Source: an uncultured Chloroflexia bacterium
GTDB lineage: Bacteria; Chloroflexota; Limnocylindria; QHBO01
Assembly (NCBI GenBank): GCA_963814375.1
Contig: CAWFCQ010000005.1
Coordinates: 224,001 to 288,000, forward strand
DNA: 64,000 nt
Reading direction: 5' to 3'
Position 1 is the first letter of the stretch, and every line of letters starts with the position of its first letter. The position numbers and the translations under genes are program-made. The notes below the pieces were generated by a model. The model was not told where the DNA came from. It saw only the letters and a list, made by a program, of their open reading frames with translations, and did no database searches. Of the stretch, positions 29,641 to 38,978 are shown in pieces.

Positions 29641-30228
29641 GTGTCCGAGGATGAGAGCCCAGAACCGATGATCATGACCGGAGCCGGTGAAGCGAAGACG
29701 GCCCGCGATGGGCGCGGATGGACGCTGCGCCCCGCACGGCCGACCGACGGCCGCGCCCTGGCCCGCCTCTTCGCCGCCGTCCGGGACGAGGGCGAATGGC
29801 TTATCACTCCGCCGGGCGCGGTGAGCGAGCCCTCCGAGGCATTCTGGGTAGCCGAGATGATCCGTGCCGCCGAGCACCTGGTGCTGATCGCCGAGGCCGA
29901 TGCGGACGTGGTCGGCAACGTCTTGGTCAGCGTCGACCGCGGGGTCGCCACCGAGCACATCGGCGTGCTATCGATCACGATCGCCCACGACTGGCGCGAC
30001 GTCGGCATCGGCACCGAGCTCGTCGCGGCCGCGCAAGACTGGGCGACCAAGCGCCGCCTGCACAAGGTCTCGCTGGGCGTCTTCCCGGAGAACGTGCGCG
30101 CCATCGCGGTCTACGAGAAGCGTGGATTCGTGCGCGAGGGGCTCCGCCGCGACCAGTATCGGTCCGGCGAGCGCTTCCGCGACGAGGTGATGATGGCCTG
30201 GTTCCCTGACGAGGCGACGGACCGATGA
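29641..30228 (+). CDS. GNAT acetyltransferase, first gene of the T-box-controlled leuS operon
   Basis: WRDVGIGTEL, LGVFPENVRAIAVYEKRGFVREG; ATGA overlap with leuS. Confidence 0.88.
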   Translation: MSEDESPEPMIMTGAGEAKTARDGRGWTLRPARPTDGRALARLFAAVRDEGEWLITPPGAVSEPSEAFWVAEMIRAAEHLVLIAEADADVVGNVLVSVDRGVATEHIGVLSITIAHDWRDVGIGTELVAAAQDWATKRRLHKVSLGVFPENVRAIAVYEKRGFVREGLRRDQYRSGERFRDEVMMAWFPDEATDR

Positions 30229-32720
30229 CGACCGAGATGCCCTCCCGCACCCAGCGCCCGGACCGCTACGACCCGGCCGGCTTCGAGCAGGGATGGCGCG
30301 ATCGCTGGGAGGCGGACGAGCTGTACGCCGCCCGCGACGACGATCCGCGGCCGAAGCGCTACGACCTGACGATGTACCCGTATCCGTCGGGTGACCTGCA
30401 CATCGGCCATTGGTATGCCATGACCGGGCCGGACATCGTGGCCCGCATGCATCGGATGCAGGGCTTCAACGTCATGTTCCCGATGGGCTTCGACGGCTTC
30501 GGGCTGCCCGCCGAGAACGCGGCCATCGACCGCGGCATCCATCCGGCGACGTGGACCTACGAGAACATCAACACGATGCGCCGCCAGATGCGGCTGATGG
30601 GCGCGTCGTTCGACTGGAGCCGCGAGGTCGTCACCTGCGACCCGAGCTACTACCGCTGGCAGCAGTGGCTGTTCCTGAAGCTCTACTCCGCAGGGCTGGC
30701 GTACAAGGCGATGGGGACCGTCGACTGGTGCCCCAAGGACAAGGTCGTCCTGGCCCGTGAGCAGGTCGAGGGAACGGATCGGCGCTGCTGGCGGTGCGGC
30801 ACGCCGGTCGACAAGCGCGACCTCGAGCAGTGGTATTTCCGCATCACGAACTACAGCGACGAGCTGCTGAGCTTCGACGGGCTCGACTATCCCGAGCCGA
30901 TCAAGGCGATGCAGACGAACTGGATCGGCCGATCCGAGGGCGCCGAGATCGACTTCCCGACCGAGGCCGATGACGCCGAGCCGATCCGCGTCTTCACCAC
31001 CCGGCCGGACACCGTGTTCGGCGCCACCTTCATGGTCCTGGCGCCGGAGCACCCGCTGGTGGGCGTGCTGACCACCGACGACCGACGCGCCGATGTCGAC
31101 GCCTACGTCAGCGCTGCCCGGCGCGAGACCGAGATCGAGCGCATGAGCACCGAGCGCGAGAAGACCGGCGTGCCCATCGGCGCGCATGCCATCAACCCGA
31201 TGACGAGCGAGCGGATCCCGATCTGGATCGCCGACTACGTGCTGCCCGGGTACGGCACGGGCGCGATCATGGCCGTCCCCGCCCACGACGAGCGCGACTA
31301 CGAGTTCGCGAGGAAGTTCGACCTGCCGATCCGGTACGTGGTGGCGCCGGCCTCCGGCGAGCTGCCCACCGACAAGGCACTGGTGGAGCACTCCGCCGAC
31401 GAGGTGCTGGTCGACTCCGGAGAGTTCACCGGGATGCCGGCATTGGAGGCGATCGGCGCAATCACGCGTGCGCTCGAGGAGCGCGATCAGGGTCGCTTCG
31501 CGGTCACCTATCGCCAGCGAGACTGGGTCGCGGGCCGGCAGCGCTACTGGGGCGCACCGATCCCGATCATCTACTGCGACACCCACGGCGCCCAGCCGGT
31601 GCCGGAGGACCAGCTGCCCGTCGTGCTGCCGACCGACGTCGACTTCGCCCCCACCGGCGTGTCGCCGCTCCAGTCGCACGCGGAGTTCCTGAACGCGACG
31701 TGCCCGGTGTGCGGCGAGCCGTCGCGCCGCGAGACCGACACGATGGACACATTCGTCGACTCGTCCTGGTATTTCCTGCGCTACTGCTCGCCACACGACG
31801 AAACCGCTGCCTGGGACCGCGAGAAGGCCGACGCATGGATGCCGATTCACCTCTACGGCGGTGGAGCCGAGCACGCGGTCATGCACCTGCTCTACTTCCG
31901 CTTCTTCACCAAGGCGTTGCGCGACCTCGGCCTGCTCGGCTTCGACGAGCCGACGCTCAAGCTACGCAACCAGGGCCAGATCCTGGGGGCCGACCACAAT
32001 CGCATGAGCAAGTCGCGCGGCAATGTCCAGGCGCCCGACGAGCTGGTCGCCCGCTACGGTTCGGACACGGTCCGCGCGTTCCTCATGTTCATCGGCCCGT
32101 GGGACCAGGGCGGTCCGTGGAACCCCTCCGGGATCGAGGGCATCCACCGCTGGCTGGGGCGGGTGTGGGGGGCGGGCCAGCCGGTCGCCGCTGCTTCCGC
32201 GGCCGATGCCGAGGGCGCCGAGCTCCAGCGCGCACTGCGGCGCGCCACGCACACCACGATCGACGCGGTGACCGAGGACATCGAGGACTTCCGGTTCAAC
32301 ACCGCCATCAGCCGCCTGATGGAGCTGACCAACGCGATCATCCGCGAGCGCGAGGCGGGCATGGCCGGCACGGCCGCGCACACCGATGCGGTCGACACCC
32401 TCCTGCGGCTGCTGGCGCCGATCGCGCCGCACATCGCCGAGGAGCTGTGGGCGCGGCGGGGGAAGCCGTACTCCATCCATCAGCAGTCCTGGCCAGCGGC
32501 AGATCCGTCTCTCGCCGCTGCCGAGACGATCGAGCTGCCCGTCCAGGTCGATGGCAAGCTCCGCGACCGCCTGGTCGTGACGCCGGACACGCCGGCCGAC
32601 GAGATCGAGCGCATGGCGCTCGCGTCGGAGCACGTCCAGCGGTATCTGGATGGGCGCGCCCCGACGCGAGTCATCCATGTGCCCGGCAAGCTCGTCAACG
32701 TGGTGACGCCTCGGGACTAG
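30225..32720 (+). CDS. leuS: Leucine--tRNA ligase
   Basis: MYPYPSGDLHIGH, CP1 editing motifs (VFTTRPDT, GTGAIMAVPAHDERD), RQRYWG, RMSKS. Confidence 0.97.
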   Translation: MTTEMPSRTQRPDRYDPAGFEQGWRDRWEADELYAARDDDPRPKRYDLTMYPYPSGDLHIGHWYAMTGPDIVARMHRMQGFNVMFPMGFDGFGLPAENAAIDRGIHPATWTYENINTMRRQMRLMGASFDWSREVVTCDPSYYRWQQWLFLKLYSAGLAYKAMGTVDWCPKDKVVLAREQVEGTDRRCWRCGTPVDKRDLEQWYFRITNYSDELLSFDGLDYPEPIKAMQTNWIGRSEGAEIDFPTEADDAEPIRVFTTRPDTVFGATFMVLAPEHPLVGVLTTDDRRADVDAYVSAARRETEIERMSTEREKTGVPIGAHAINPMTSERIPIWIADYVLPGYGTGAIMAVPAHDERDYEFARKFDLPIRYVVAPASGELPTDKALVEHSADEVLVDSGEFTGMPALEAIGAITRALEERDQGRFAVTYRQRDWVAGRQRYWGAPIPIIYCDTHGAQPVPEDQLPVVLPTDVDFAPTGVSPLQSHAEFLNATCPVCGEPSRRETDTMDTFVDSSWYFLRYCSPHDETAAWDREKADAWMPIHLYGGGAEHAVMHLLYFRFFTKALRDLGLLGFDEPTLKLRNQGQILGADHNRMSKSRGNVQAPDELVARYGSDTVRAFLMFIGPWDQGGPWNPSGIEGIHRWLGRVWGAGQPVAAASAADAEGAELQRALRRATHTTIDAVTEDIEDFRFNTAISRLMELTNAIIREREAGMAGTAAHTDAVDTLLRLLAPIAPHIAEELWARRGKPYSIHQQSWPAADPSLAAAETIELPVQVDGKLRDRLVVTPDTPADEIERMALASEHVQRYLDGRAPTRVIHVPGKLVNVVTPRD

Positions 32721-32865
32721 TCCCGATAACCGGCCGATAACCCGACGATAAGGGCCGCCACCCTACGCTGCGACCCTGCTTCCGATGCCCGGCGTCGAGT
32801 GCCCGGGCGCCGGGCGTCGGACGCAGATTCGACTCAGCCGACTCGCCTCCGCCCGGAGGCTTCTC

Positions 32866-33510
32866 GTGTCCCGATCCGACCGCATCCTCGTCGCCGCCGG
32901 CGGATCCGCCGTGATCCTCGCGGTTGCCGCCGTCGCCCTCCTCGTCATGCCGCCGACTGGAGAGGCGGCGCTGCCGGAGGCCACCGCGCAGCCGCTGCTC
33001 GGTGCCGCATCGGCGCCGGGCTCACCGGCAGCTGGCGCGCCCGAGGCAGACGACGGACCGATCGTCGTCGATGTCGAGGGCGCGGTCGCGCAGCCCGGCA
33101 TCCGCGAGCTGCCCGCGGGATCCAGGATCGCAGACGCCATCGCCGCGGCCGGCGGCTACGCCACCGACGCTGACCTGGCGGCGGCGGCCACGGGCGTCAA
33201 CCTCGCTGAGCCGCTGACCGACGGTCAGCAGGTCACGATCCCGCGCATCGGGGAGGCGGTCGCCGCACCGGCAGCGCCGGCGCCGGGCGCATCCGCCGGT
33301 GGAGGAGGCACAGCGGGCGGGATGGTCAACCTGAACACGGCCACGCCGGAGGAGCTCGAGGCGCTGCCGGGAATCGGTGCCGTGACCGTCCAGAAGATCG
33401 TGGCGGCTCGGGAGGAGCGTCCCTTCGCGTCGCTCGAGGACGCTGTGGAGCGAGGTGTGATCCATCGCGGACAGCTGGAGGACATCCAGGGCCTCGCGAC
33501 CGCCGGCTGA
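32866..33510 (+). CDS. comEA: ComEA DNA-uptake protein (SLBB + HhH)
   Basis: TM anchor, VDVEGAVAQPG, VNLNTATPEELEALPGIG; GGAGG before the GTG. Confidence 0.9.
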   Translation: MSRSDRILVAAGGSAVILAVAAVALLVMPPTGEAALPEATAQPLLGAASAPGSPAAGAPEADDGPIVVDVEGAVAQPGIRELPAGSRIADAIAAAGGYATDADLAAAATGVNLAEPLTDGQQVTIPRIGEAVAAPAAPAPGASAGGGGTAGGMVNLNTATPEELEALPGIGAVTVQKIVAAREERPFASLEDAVERGVIHRGQLEDIQGLATAG

Positions 33511-33513
33511 CGG

Positions 33514-36336
33514 ATGGGTCCGGCCCGTCACGTCCTGCCGCTGACGCTGGCCGGGGTCGCCCTCGGGATCCTGGTCGCCGACTCGGTCGCGATCCCGGCC
33601 ATTCCGGTCGGCTTCGCGGGAGCGCTCTTGGTTGCCGGCGGCCTCGTCATGGGCCGGCGCGGGTCGGTCCTCGTCCTCCTCGGCGTGGCAACGATCGCCT
33701 TCGCGGCCGGGGCATGGCGCGGGGCAGCAATCGCGGAGACAACCACCGGCGCTTCCGTCGCGCTCCTGGCCGACGGCACCGAGCACGACCTGACCGGGAC
33801 GGTGCTCGACGACCCGCGTCCGCGCGAGGATCGGCTCCAGCTCGTGCTCGGCGAGCTCCAGGTAGAACGGGGCGACGGCCCAGCCGCGCTGAGCGACCGG
33901 CTGCTTGTGTGGCTGCCGCGAGGATTGGACGCTTCTGCGGGCGATCGGCTTCGGTTGCGGAGCGAGGTGGAGATCGCCGAGGACTTCGAGGGCTTCGCCT
34001 ATCGCGAGTACCTGGAGCGCCAAGGGATCGGTGCGGTGGCGCATGCCAGGTCGGCCGAGATCGCTGCCGACGCGAGCGGGCCGGCGGCGATCCTGGCGGG
34101 ACTCCGGTCGGCACTGCTGAGCGGGTTGAACGGCATCGTGCCGGAGCCGGAGGCGGCGTTGGGCGCGGGGATACTGCTCGGCGTCCGAGCGTCGATCGCT
34201 CCGGAGATCAACGACGCCTTCGCGCGGGCTGGACTGACCCACGTCGTGGCCATCTCTGGTTGGAATATCGCCATCGTGGCCGCGCTTGTCACGGCGGTGG
34301 TCGGCCCGCTGAGCAAGCGTCCGGGCGGCCGATGGACCACCGCCGCGGTCGCCGCAACCACCGTCGGCGGGTACGTGCTGCTGACGGGCGCGAGCCCGTC
34401 GGTCGTGCGCGCGGCGCTCATGGCGGGCGCAATGCTGGTGGCGAAGCTCGGTGGCTCCCGGGCGCACGCGGCATCGGCGCTGGCGCTCGCGGCTCTCGTG
34501 ATGCTGCTCGCCGCGCCATCGGTCCTGTGGGATGTCGGCTTCCAGCTGTCGCTGCTGGCGACGGCCGGGCTGGTGTGGTTCGGCGGTGCCGTGGAGCGGC
34601 GGTTGCCCGGCTGGCCGGGCTGGATCAGAGAGCCGATCGCGCTGACGCTCGCCGCCCAGCTCACGACGCTGCCGGTGATCCTGGTGAACTTCGAACGACT
34701 CTCGCTGGTGGCGCCGGTGGCCAACGTTCTCGTGGTGCCCTTCGTCCCGGTGGCGATGCTCTTCAGCGCGGTTGCGGCACTGGCCGGTGTCGTGGACGGC
34801 GGGCTGTCGGTGCCGATCGTCGGCCCAGCGATGACGTGGCTGGCCGGTGGTGCGGCCTGGCTCTGCCTGCGGCTGATCGTGGAGCTGGGCTCGGCGGTTG
34901 CCTCGGTGCCGCTGGCGGCCGTCGACGTCCGGGTGCCGGCTCCGTTCGCGGTCGCCTGGCTGCCGATGCTGGGGCTCGTTGCCTGGGCCGTCGGCCCGTC
35001 GGACGCGCCGGTCGAGACGCGACCTCCCCGACCGCCCGGTTGGCTCGCCCGGGCTGCGGGCAGGGTGATGCGGCCGGTGCCGATCGCTGCCTGTCTCGTC
35101 GCGGTCCTGCTCGTCATCACGATCGCCTCGCAACCTGATGGCCGGCTGCACGTCACCGTCCTCGACATCGGCCAGGGCGACGCGATCCTGGTCGAGGCGC
35201 CGAGCGGCGCGACCATGCTGGTCGACGGCGGCCCCGAGCCGGAGCTGACGCTGCGGCGGCTCGGCGCGAACCTGCCGTTCTTCGCCCGCCGCATCGACGT
35301 CATGGTCGCGAGCCACCCGCACCAGGACCATGTCGCGGGGCTGGTCGAGGTGCTCGAACGCTTCGGGGTCCGGACGCTGCTCCACGCCGGCATCCCGTTC
35401 GAGAACCAGGCCTTCGACCACCTGATGGCCGATGCGTCCGGGGAGCACGGCCTCGTCCTCGGCCTGGCCCGCGCCGGCGGAGTGATTGCGCTGGATCCGA
35501 CGACGTCGGTCGAGATCCTCTACCCCACACATGCCGATGCCGCCGCACCACTGCCCGAAGGCGACATCAACAACGGATCGGTCGTGCTCCTCCTGCGCCA
35601 CAGCGGGTTCACCGCCCTGCTGACCGGGGATGCGGAGTCACCCGTCGAGTCATCGCTGGTCACGCGCGGGCTGGTGCCGGCGGTTGACCTGCTGAAGGTC
35701 GGCCATCACGGCTCGACATCTTCAACGACGCCGGCGCTCCTCGCGGCGACGCAGCCCACGATCGCGGCTATCTCGGCCGGAGAGGGCAACGAGTACGGCC
35801 ATCCAGCGCCGGAAACCCTTGCCGCACTCTCGGGCGTTGCCACCTACCGCACCGATCTCCACGGCGACATCGAGGTCGTCAGCGATGGACGAACGGTCCA
35901 GGTCCGGACTGATCGCGGCTGGTCGGCACCCGTGCCGGTGCAGCGTGGCGGTGCCGCGACTAGCATCGCCCGGTGGCCATCCCCGACCGATCAACCGCAC
36001 AGCAGCTGCTCGAAGAGATGCCGACCGGGATCGTCGTCCACTCCACCGGCGTCGCCCGCGTGGCCGTCGCTGCGGCCGGTCTGGTGGCGGAGGCGCAGAT
36101 CCCGATCGATGGCGCCCTGGTCGAGGCGGCGGCGCTGCTCCACGACATCGATAAGGTCGAGATCCGGCGTACCGGCGGCGAGCACGGCATCGTCGGCGCC
36201 CGGCGCCTGGAGGCGATGGGCTACGGTGAGCTCGCCATGCCGGTCGCCTCCCATCCGATCAACGCGCTCCTCGACGACGACCGCTTTCCCATCGGCTGGC
36301 CCTCGGTCCTCGTCGCCATCGCCGATCGGCACGTGA
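33514..36336 (+). CDS. comEC: ComEC/Rec2 competence protein with metallo-beta-lactamase domain (C-terminal end uncertain)
   Basis: GLTHVVAISG, SVVRAALM, DVGFQLS, DIGQGDA, SHPHQDH, LTGD, KVGHHGS. Confidence 0.9.
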   Translation: MGPARHVLPLTLAGVALGILVADSVAIPAIPVGFAGALLVAGGLVMGRRGSVLVLLGVATIAFAAGAWRGAAIAETTTGASVALLADGTEHDLTGTVLDDPRPREDRLQLVLGELQVERGDGPAALSDRLLVWLPRGLDASAGDRLRLRSEVEIAEDFEGFAYREYLERQGIGAVAHARSAEIAADASGPAAILAGLRSALLSGLNGIVPEPEAALGAGILLGVRASIAPEINDAFARAGLTHVVAISGWNIAIVAALVTAVVGPLSKRPGGRWTTAAVAATTVGGYVLLTGASPSVVRAALMAGAMLVAKLGGSRAHAASALALAALVMLLAAPSVLWDVGFQLSLLATAGLVWFGGAVERRLPGWPGWIREPIALTLAAQLTTLPVILVNFERLSLVAPVANVLVVPFVPVAMLFSAVAALAGVVDGGLSVPIVGPAMTWLAGGAAWLCLRLIVELGSAVASVPLAAVDVRVPAPFAVAWLPMLGLVAWAVGPSDAPVETRPPRPPGWLARAAGRVMRPVPIAACLVAVLLVITIASQPDGRLHVTVLDIGQGDAILVEAPSGATMLVDGGPEPELTLRRLGANLPFFARRIDVMVASHPHQDHVAGLVEVLERFGVRTLLHAGIPFENQAFDHLMADASGEHGLVLGLARAGGVIALDPTTSVEILYPTHADAAAPLPEGDINNGSVVLLLRHSGFTALLTGDAESPVESSLVTRGLVPAVDLLKVGHHGSTSSTTPALLAATQPTIAAISAGEGNEYGHPAPETLAALSGVATYRTDLHGDIEVVSDGRTVQVRTDRGWSAPVPVQRGGAATSIARWPSPTDQPHSSCSKRCRPGSSSTPPASPAWPSLRPVWWRRRRSRSMAPWSRRRRCSTTSIRSRSGVPAASTASSAPGAWRRWATVSSPCRSPPIRSTRSSTTTAFPSAGPRSSSPSPIGT

Positions 36337-36527
36337 GCCAGGAGTTCATGACCGTCGACGAGCGCCTGGACGACATGCAGCAGCGGCATCCCGGCCACGC
36401 CGATTCGATCGAGGCGGCGCGGCGGCCCGCTCATGCCCTCGAGGAGCAGCTGGCCGAGGCCGTCGAGCTCGATGTCCCGGCACTGGTCGACCGCCTGCGC
36501 GCCGCATGGGAGGCCGGCCATTCATGA
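35973..36527 (+). CDS. HD-domain protein
   Basis: HSTGVARVA, AALLHDIDK, IADR; leaderless TAGCAT-N6-GTG. Confidence 0.8.
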   Translation: MAIPDRSTAQQLLEEMPTGIVVHSTGVARVAVAAAGLVAEAQIPIDGALVEAAALLHDIDKVEIRRTGGEHGIVGARRLEAMGYGELAMPVASHPINALLDDDRFPIGWPSVLVAIADRHVSQEFMTVDERLDDMQQRHPGHADSIEAARRPAHALEEQLAEAVELDVPALVDRLRAAWEAGHS

Positions 36528-37558
36528 TCACCCCGCTGATCCTCCTCCACGGCGACGACGGATTCGGGCTCGACCTCGCGATGCGGGAGTTCGCAACGTC
36601 GGTCGACGCGACCGACGTCATCGAGATCAACGCCGCCATCGCGCCCGATGGCGCCCTCGACCGTGCGACCCTCGAGACCGGCACGCTGAGCATGTTCGGC
36701 GCGCACCTCACCGTGCTGCGCCAGCCTCTCAAGAGCGCCGGCCGCTCGACCGTGGCGGCCGACAGGCTCCTCGCGCTCGTGAACGACCTGCCCGACGGAT
36801 CGGCGCTGGCGATGGTCGAGGAACGTCCGTCGCGCGACATCACCAGGCCGCCGGCGCTGCTGAAGCGACTTGCGGAGGCGGTGAAGGCGAAGGGCGGCAG
36901 CGTCGAGGAGCATCCGGCGCCGCGCCGTGGCGAGCTGCGGGGATGGATCACGTCGCATGCCGCGCGCACGGGGGTCAAGATCGAGGTGCGAGCCGCCCAC
37001 CTCCTGGCAGAGCGCATCGGCGGCTCGATCTGGGAGACGGACGTCGAGCGCGGCGAGATGACCCGTATCGCCGACTCGGAGCTGACCAAGCTCGCGACCT
37101 ACGCGGGTGACCGTCCGATCACCGCCGACGACGTCGAGGCGCTGACCGCCGACACGCGGCCGGCATCGGTCTTCGCCATAACGAACGCCGTCGACCGGCG
37201 TGAGCCCGCCGCCGCAGCAGAGGCGTTGAAGCGAGCGCTGGCCGAGGGACAGCCCGGCCTGCGGATCCTCGCGTCGCTGTCCGGGCGGGTGAGCGATCTC
37301 ATCGTGGCGCGTGACCTGGCGGCGCGGAAGACGCCGCCGGCCGAGATCGCGAAACGGGTCGCACGTGGGAACGTGAACGTCGCCCAGCGCTTGGTCGACG
37401 CCGCGAAGCGCTACCGCGGGGAGGAGCTGGAAGCGATGCTCATCGGCCTCTTCGAGGCCGACGTGGCGATCAAGACGAACGTCATGGAGGAGCAGCCTGC
37501 GCTGGTCGCCTGGCTGGGAGAGTTCCTGCTCGCGCCGCGCGCGGGCGCTTCGGCCTAG
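36524..37558 (+). CDS. holA: DNA polymerase III subunit delta
   Basis: LILLHGDD, ELTKLATY, VFAITNAV, EADVAIKT; follows comEA-comEC. Confidence 0.85.
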   Translation: MITPLILLHGDDGFGLDLAMREFATSVDATDVIEINAAIAPDGALDRATLETGTLSMFGAHLTVLRQPLKSAGRSTVAADRLLALVNDLPDGSALAMVEERPSRDITRPPALLKRLAEAVKAKGGSVEEHPAPRRGELRGWITSHAARTGVKIEVRAAHLLAERIGGSIWETDVERGEMTRIADSELTKLATYAGDRPITADDVEALTADTRPASVFAITNAVDRREPAAAAEALKRALAEGQPGLRILASLSGRVSDLIVARDLAARKTPPAEIAKRVARGNVNVAQRLVDAAKRYRGEELEAMLIGLFEADVAIKTNVMEEQPALVAWLGEFLLAPRAGASA

Positions 37559-37833
37559 GCGGCGGGAGCCTGACCGGCCTGGCCGGCGGCGAGGACGCGA
37601 TCGGACTCGATCGCGAAGGTGCAGCGTGCGCCGTCGAGGCCCAGGATGCCGATCAGCTGCTGGTCGACGTAGAGCTGGCGGCACGGTACGCACAGCGCGC
37701 CGGGGATGGCGAAGAAGAGTCGCTCATCGGCCTCGGCATCACGGAAGACGGTGTCGAACACGCTGGTCAGCAACGAGCCGCTGCAGAAGCGGCAGGTCTC
37801 GATCGGTCGCGCTCGTCGCGCCTGGGCGGTCAT
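37555..37833 (-). CDS. Small Zn-ribbon protein (YgiT/MqsA-type finger-like)
   Basis: CRFC ... IPGALCVPC pattern. Confidence 0.55.
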   Translation of the reverse strand: MTAQARRARPIETCRFCSGSLLTSVFDTVFRDAEADERLFFAIPGALCVPCRQLYVDQQLIGILGLDGARCTFAIESDRVLAAGQAGQAPAA

Positions 37834-37924
37834 GGCGGGCAGCATCCGGCCAGGAGGCCCCCTCCTCAATGGGACCGATGGGCCATGCGCGTCCACGCAC
37901 CGCAGTACTTCCGACCTGATCCCG

Positions 37925-38299
37925 CTAGACGACCCGCACGACCTGGGCGGCCTTGCCCCACAGGCGCTCGAGGCCGTAGAACTCGCGCTCCTCGGGGGCG
38001 AAGACATGGACGATGACGGCGCCGTAGTCGAGCAGAACCCAGCGCGCGGACTGGCGCCCCTCGGTCCCCAGCGGGCGGACGCCCTCTCGGCGCAGCTCGT
38101 CCACGATCGCGCCGGCGAGGGCCTGCACCTGGCGGTCGCTGCGACCGGAGCAGATCACGAAGAAGTCGGCCATCGTCGTCAGCTCGGCAGTGCGGAGCAG
38201 CACGATGTCATTGCCCTTCTTGTCCGACGCGATCTCGACGATCCGATGAGCCAGCTCCGTGGCATCGGTCGGCACCTCGACGCGGTCCGGGTCGGTCAG
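37925..38299 (-). CDS. rsfS: Ribosome silencing factor
   Basis: DKKGNDI, ADFFVICSG, WVLLDYG, FYGLERLW. Confidence 0.93.
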   Translation of the reverse strand: MTDPDRVEVPTDATELAHRIVEIASDKKGNDIVLLRTAELTTMADFFVICSGRSDRQVQALAGAIVDELRREGVRPLGTEGRQSARWVLLDYGAVIVHVFAPEEREFYGLERLWGKAAQVVRVV

Positions 38300-38312
38300 G
38301 ACGGCACTTCCT

Positions 38313-38978
38313 TCATCCGCGGCGGTAGAGCCCGCGTTCCACGATGAGCTCCTCGATGCCGCGCGGCACAAGGTAGCGGATGGCGTGGCCCGCCGCCACC
38401 CGGCGGCGGATCTCGGTCGAGCTCACGTCGAGGGACGGTCCGGAGAGGACGTGGATGCGCCCCGCGGCGGCGCCGAAGCGCTCCTCCAGCGCCGAGCGTT
38501 CCGGCGGTGGCGTGCCCGGTCGCGGGCCGACGACCCACTCGATGCGCTCGAGCAACGCATCGGGCTCACGCCAGGTGTCGATCTCGGCCAGCGATGCCGC
38601 CGACATGATCAGGTAGAGGTCCGCATCGGCCGCGTAGGTGCGCAGCAGCTCGTCGACCGAGTCGATGGTGTACGACGGGCCGGGGCGCTCCATCTCGATG
38701 ATCGTGATCTCGAACAGGTCGTCGCCGGCGATCGCCAGGCGCGTCATGAGGAGGCGGTCCGAGGCTTTCGTCACGAGGCGCCCGCCCTTGTGCGGCGGCT
38801 GCGCGGCCGGCATGAACAGCACGCGGTCGAGGCCGATGGCGTCCGCCGCCAGCGTGGCAAGCCAGAGGTGGCCGACGTGCGGCGGGTCGAACGTGCCTCC
38901 GAGGACACCGATGCGGCGACGGCTCGCCGACGAGCTCTCCCGCACCGTGTCGGGGCTCGCCAGCACCGCCCCGGTCAC
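38313..38978 (-). CDS. nadD: Nicotinate-nucleotide adenylyltransferase
   Basis: GGTFDPPHVGH, SYTIDS, VSSTEIR. Confidence 0.93.
   Translation of the reverse strand: MTGAVLASPDTVRESSSASRRRIGVLGGTFDPPHVGHLWLATLAADAIGLDRVLFMPAAQPPHKGGRLVTKASDRLLMTRLAIAGDDLFEITIIEMERPGPSYTIDSVDELLRTYAADADLYLIMSAASLAEIDTWREPDALLERIEWVVGPRPGTPPPERSALEERFGAAAGRIHVLSGPSLDVSSTEIRRRVAAGHAIRYLVPRGIEELIVERGLYRRG

Noticed and set aside
35940-36336. Real C-terminal extension of ComEC overlapping the HD gene
   Set aside because: The tail is an off-frame reading of the HD gene; a lost stop or indel is more likely.
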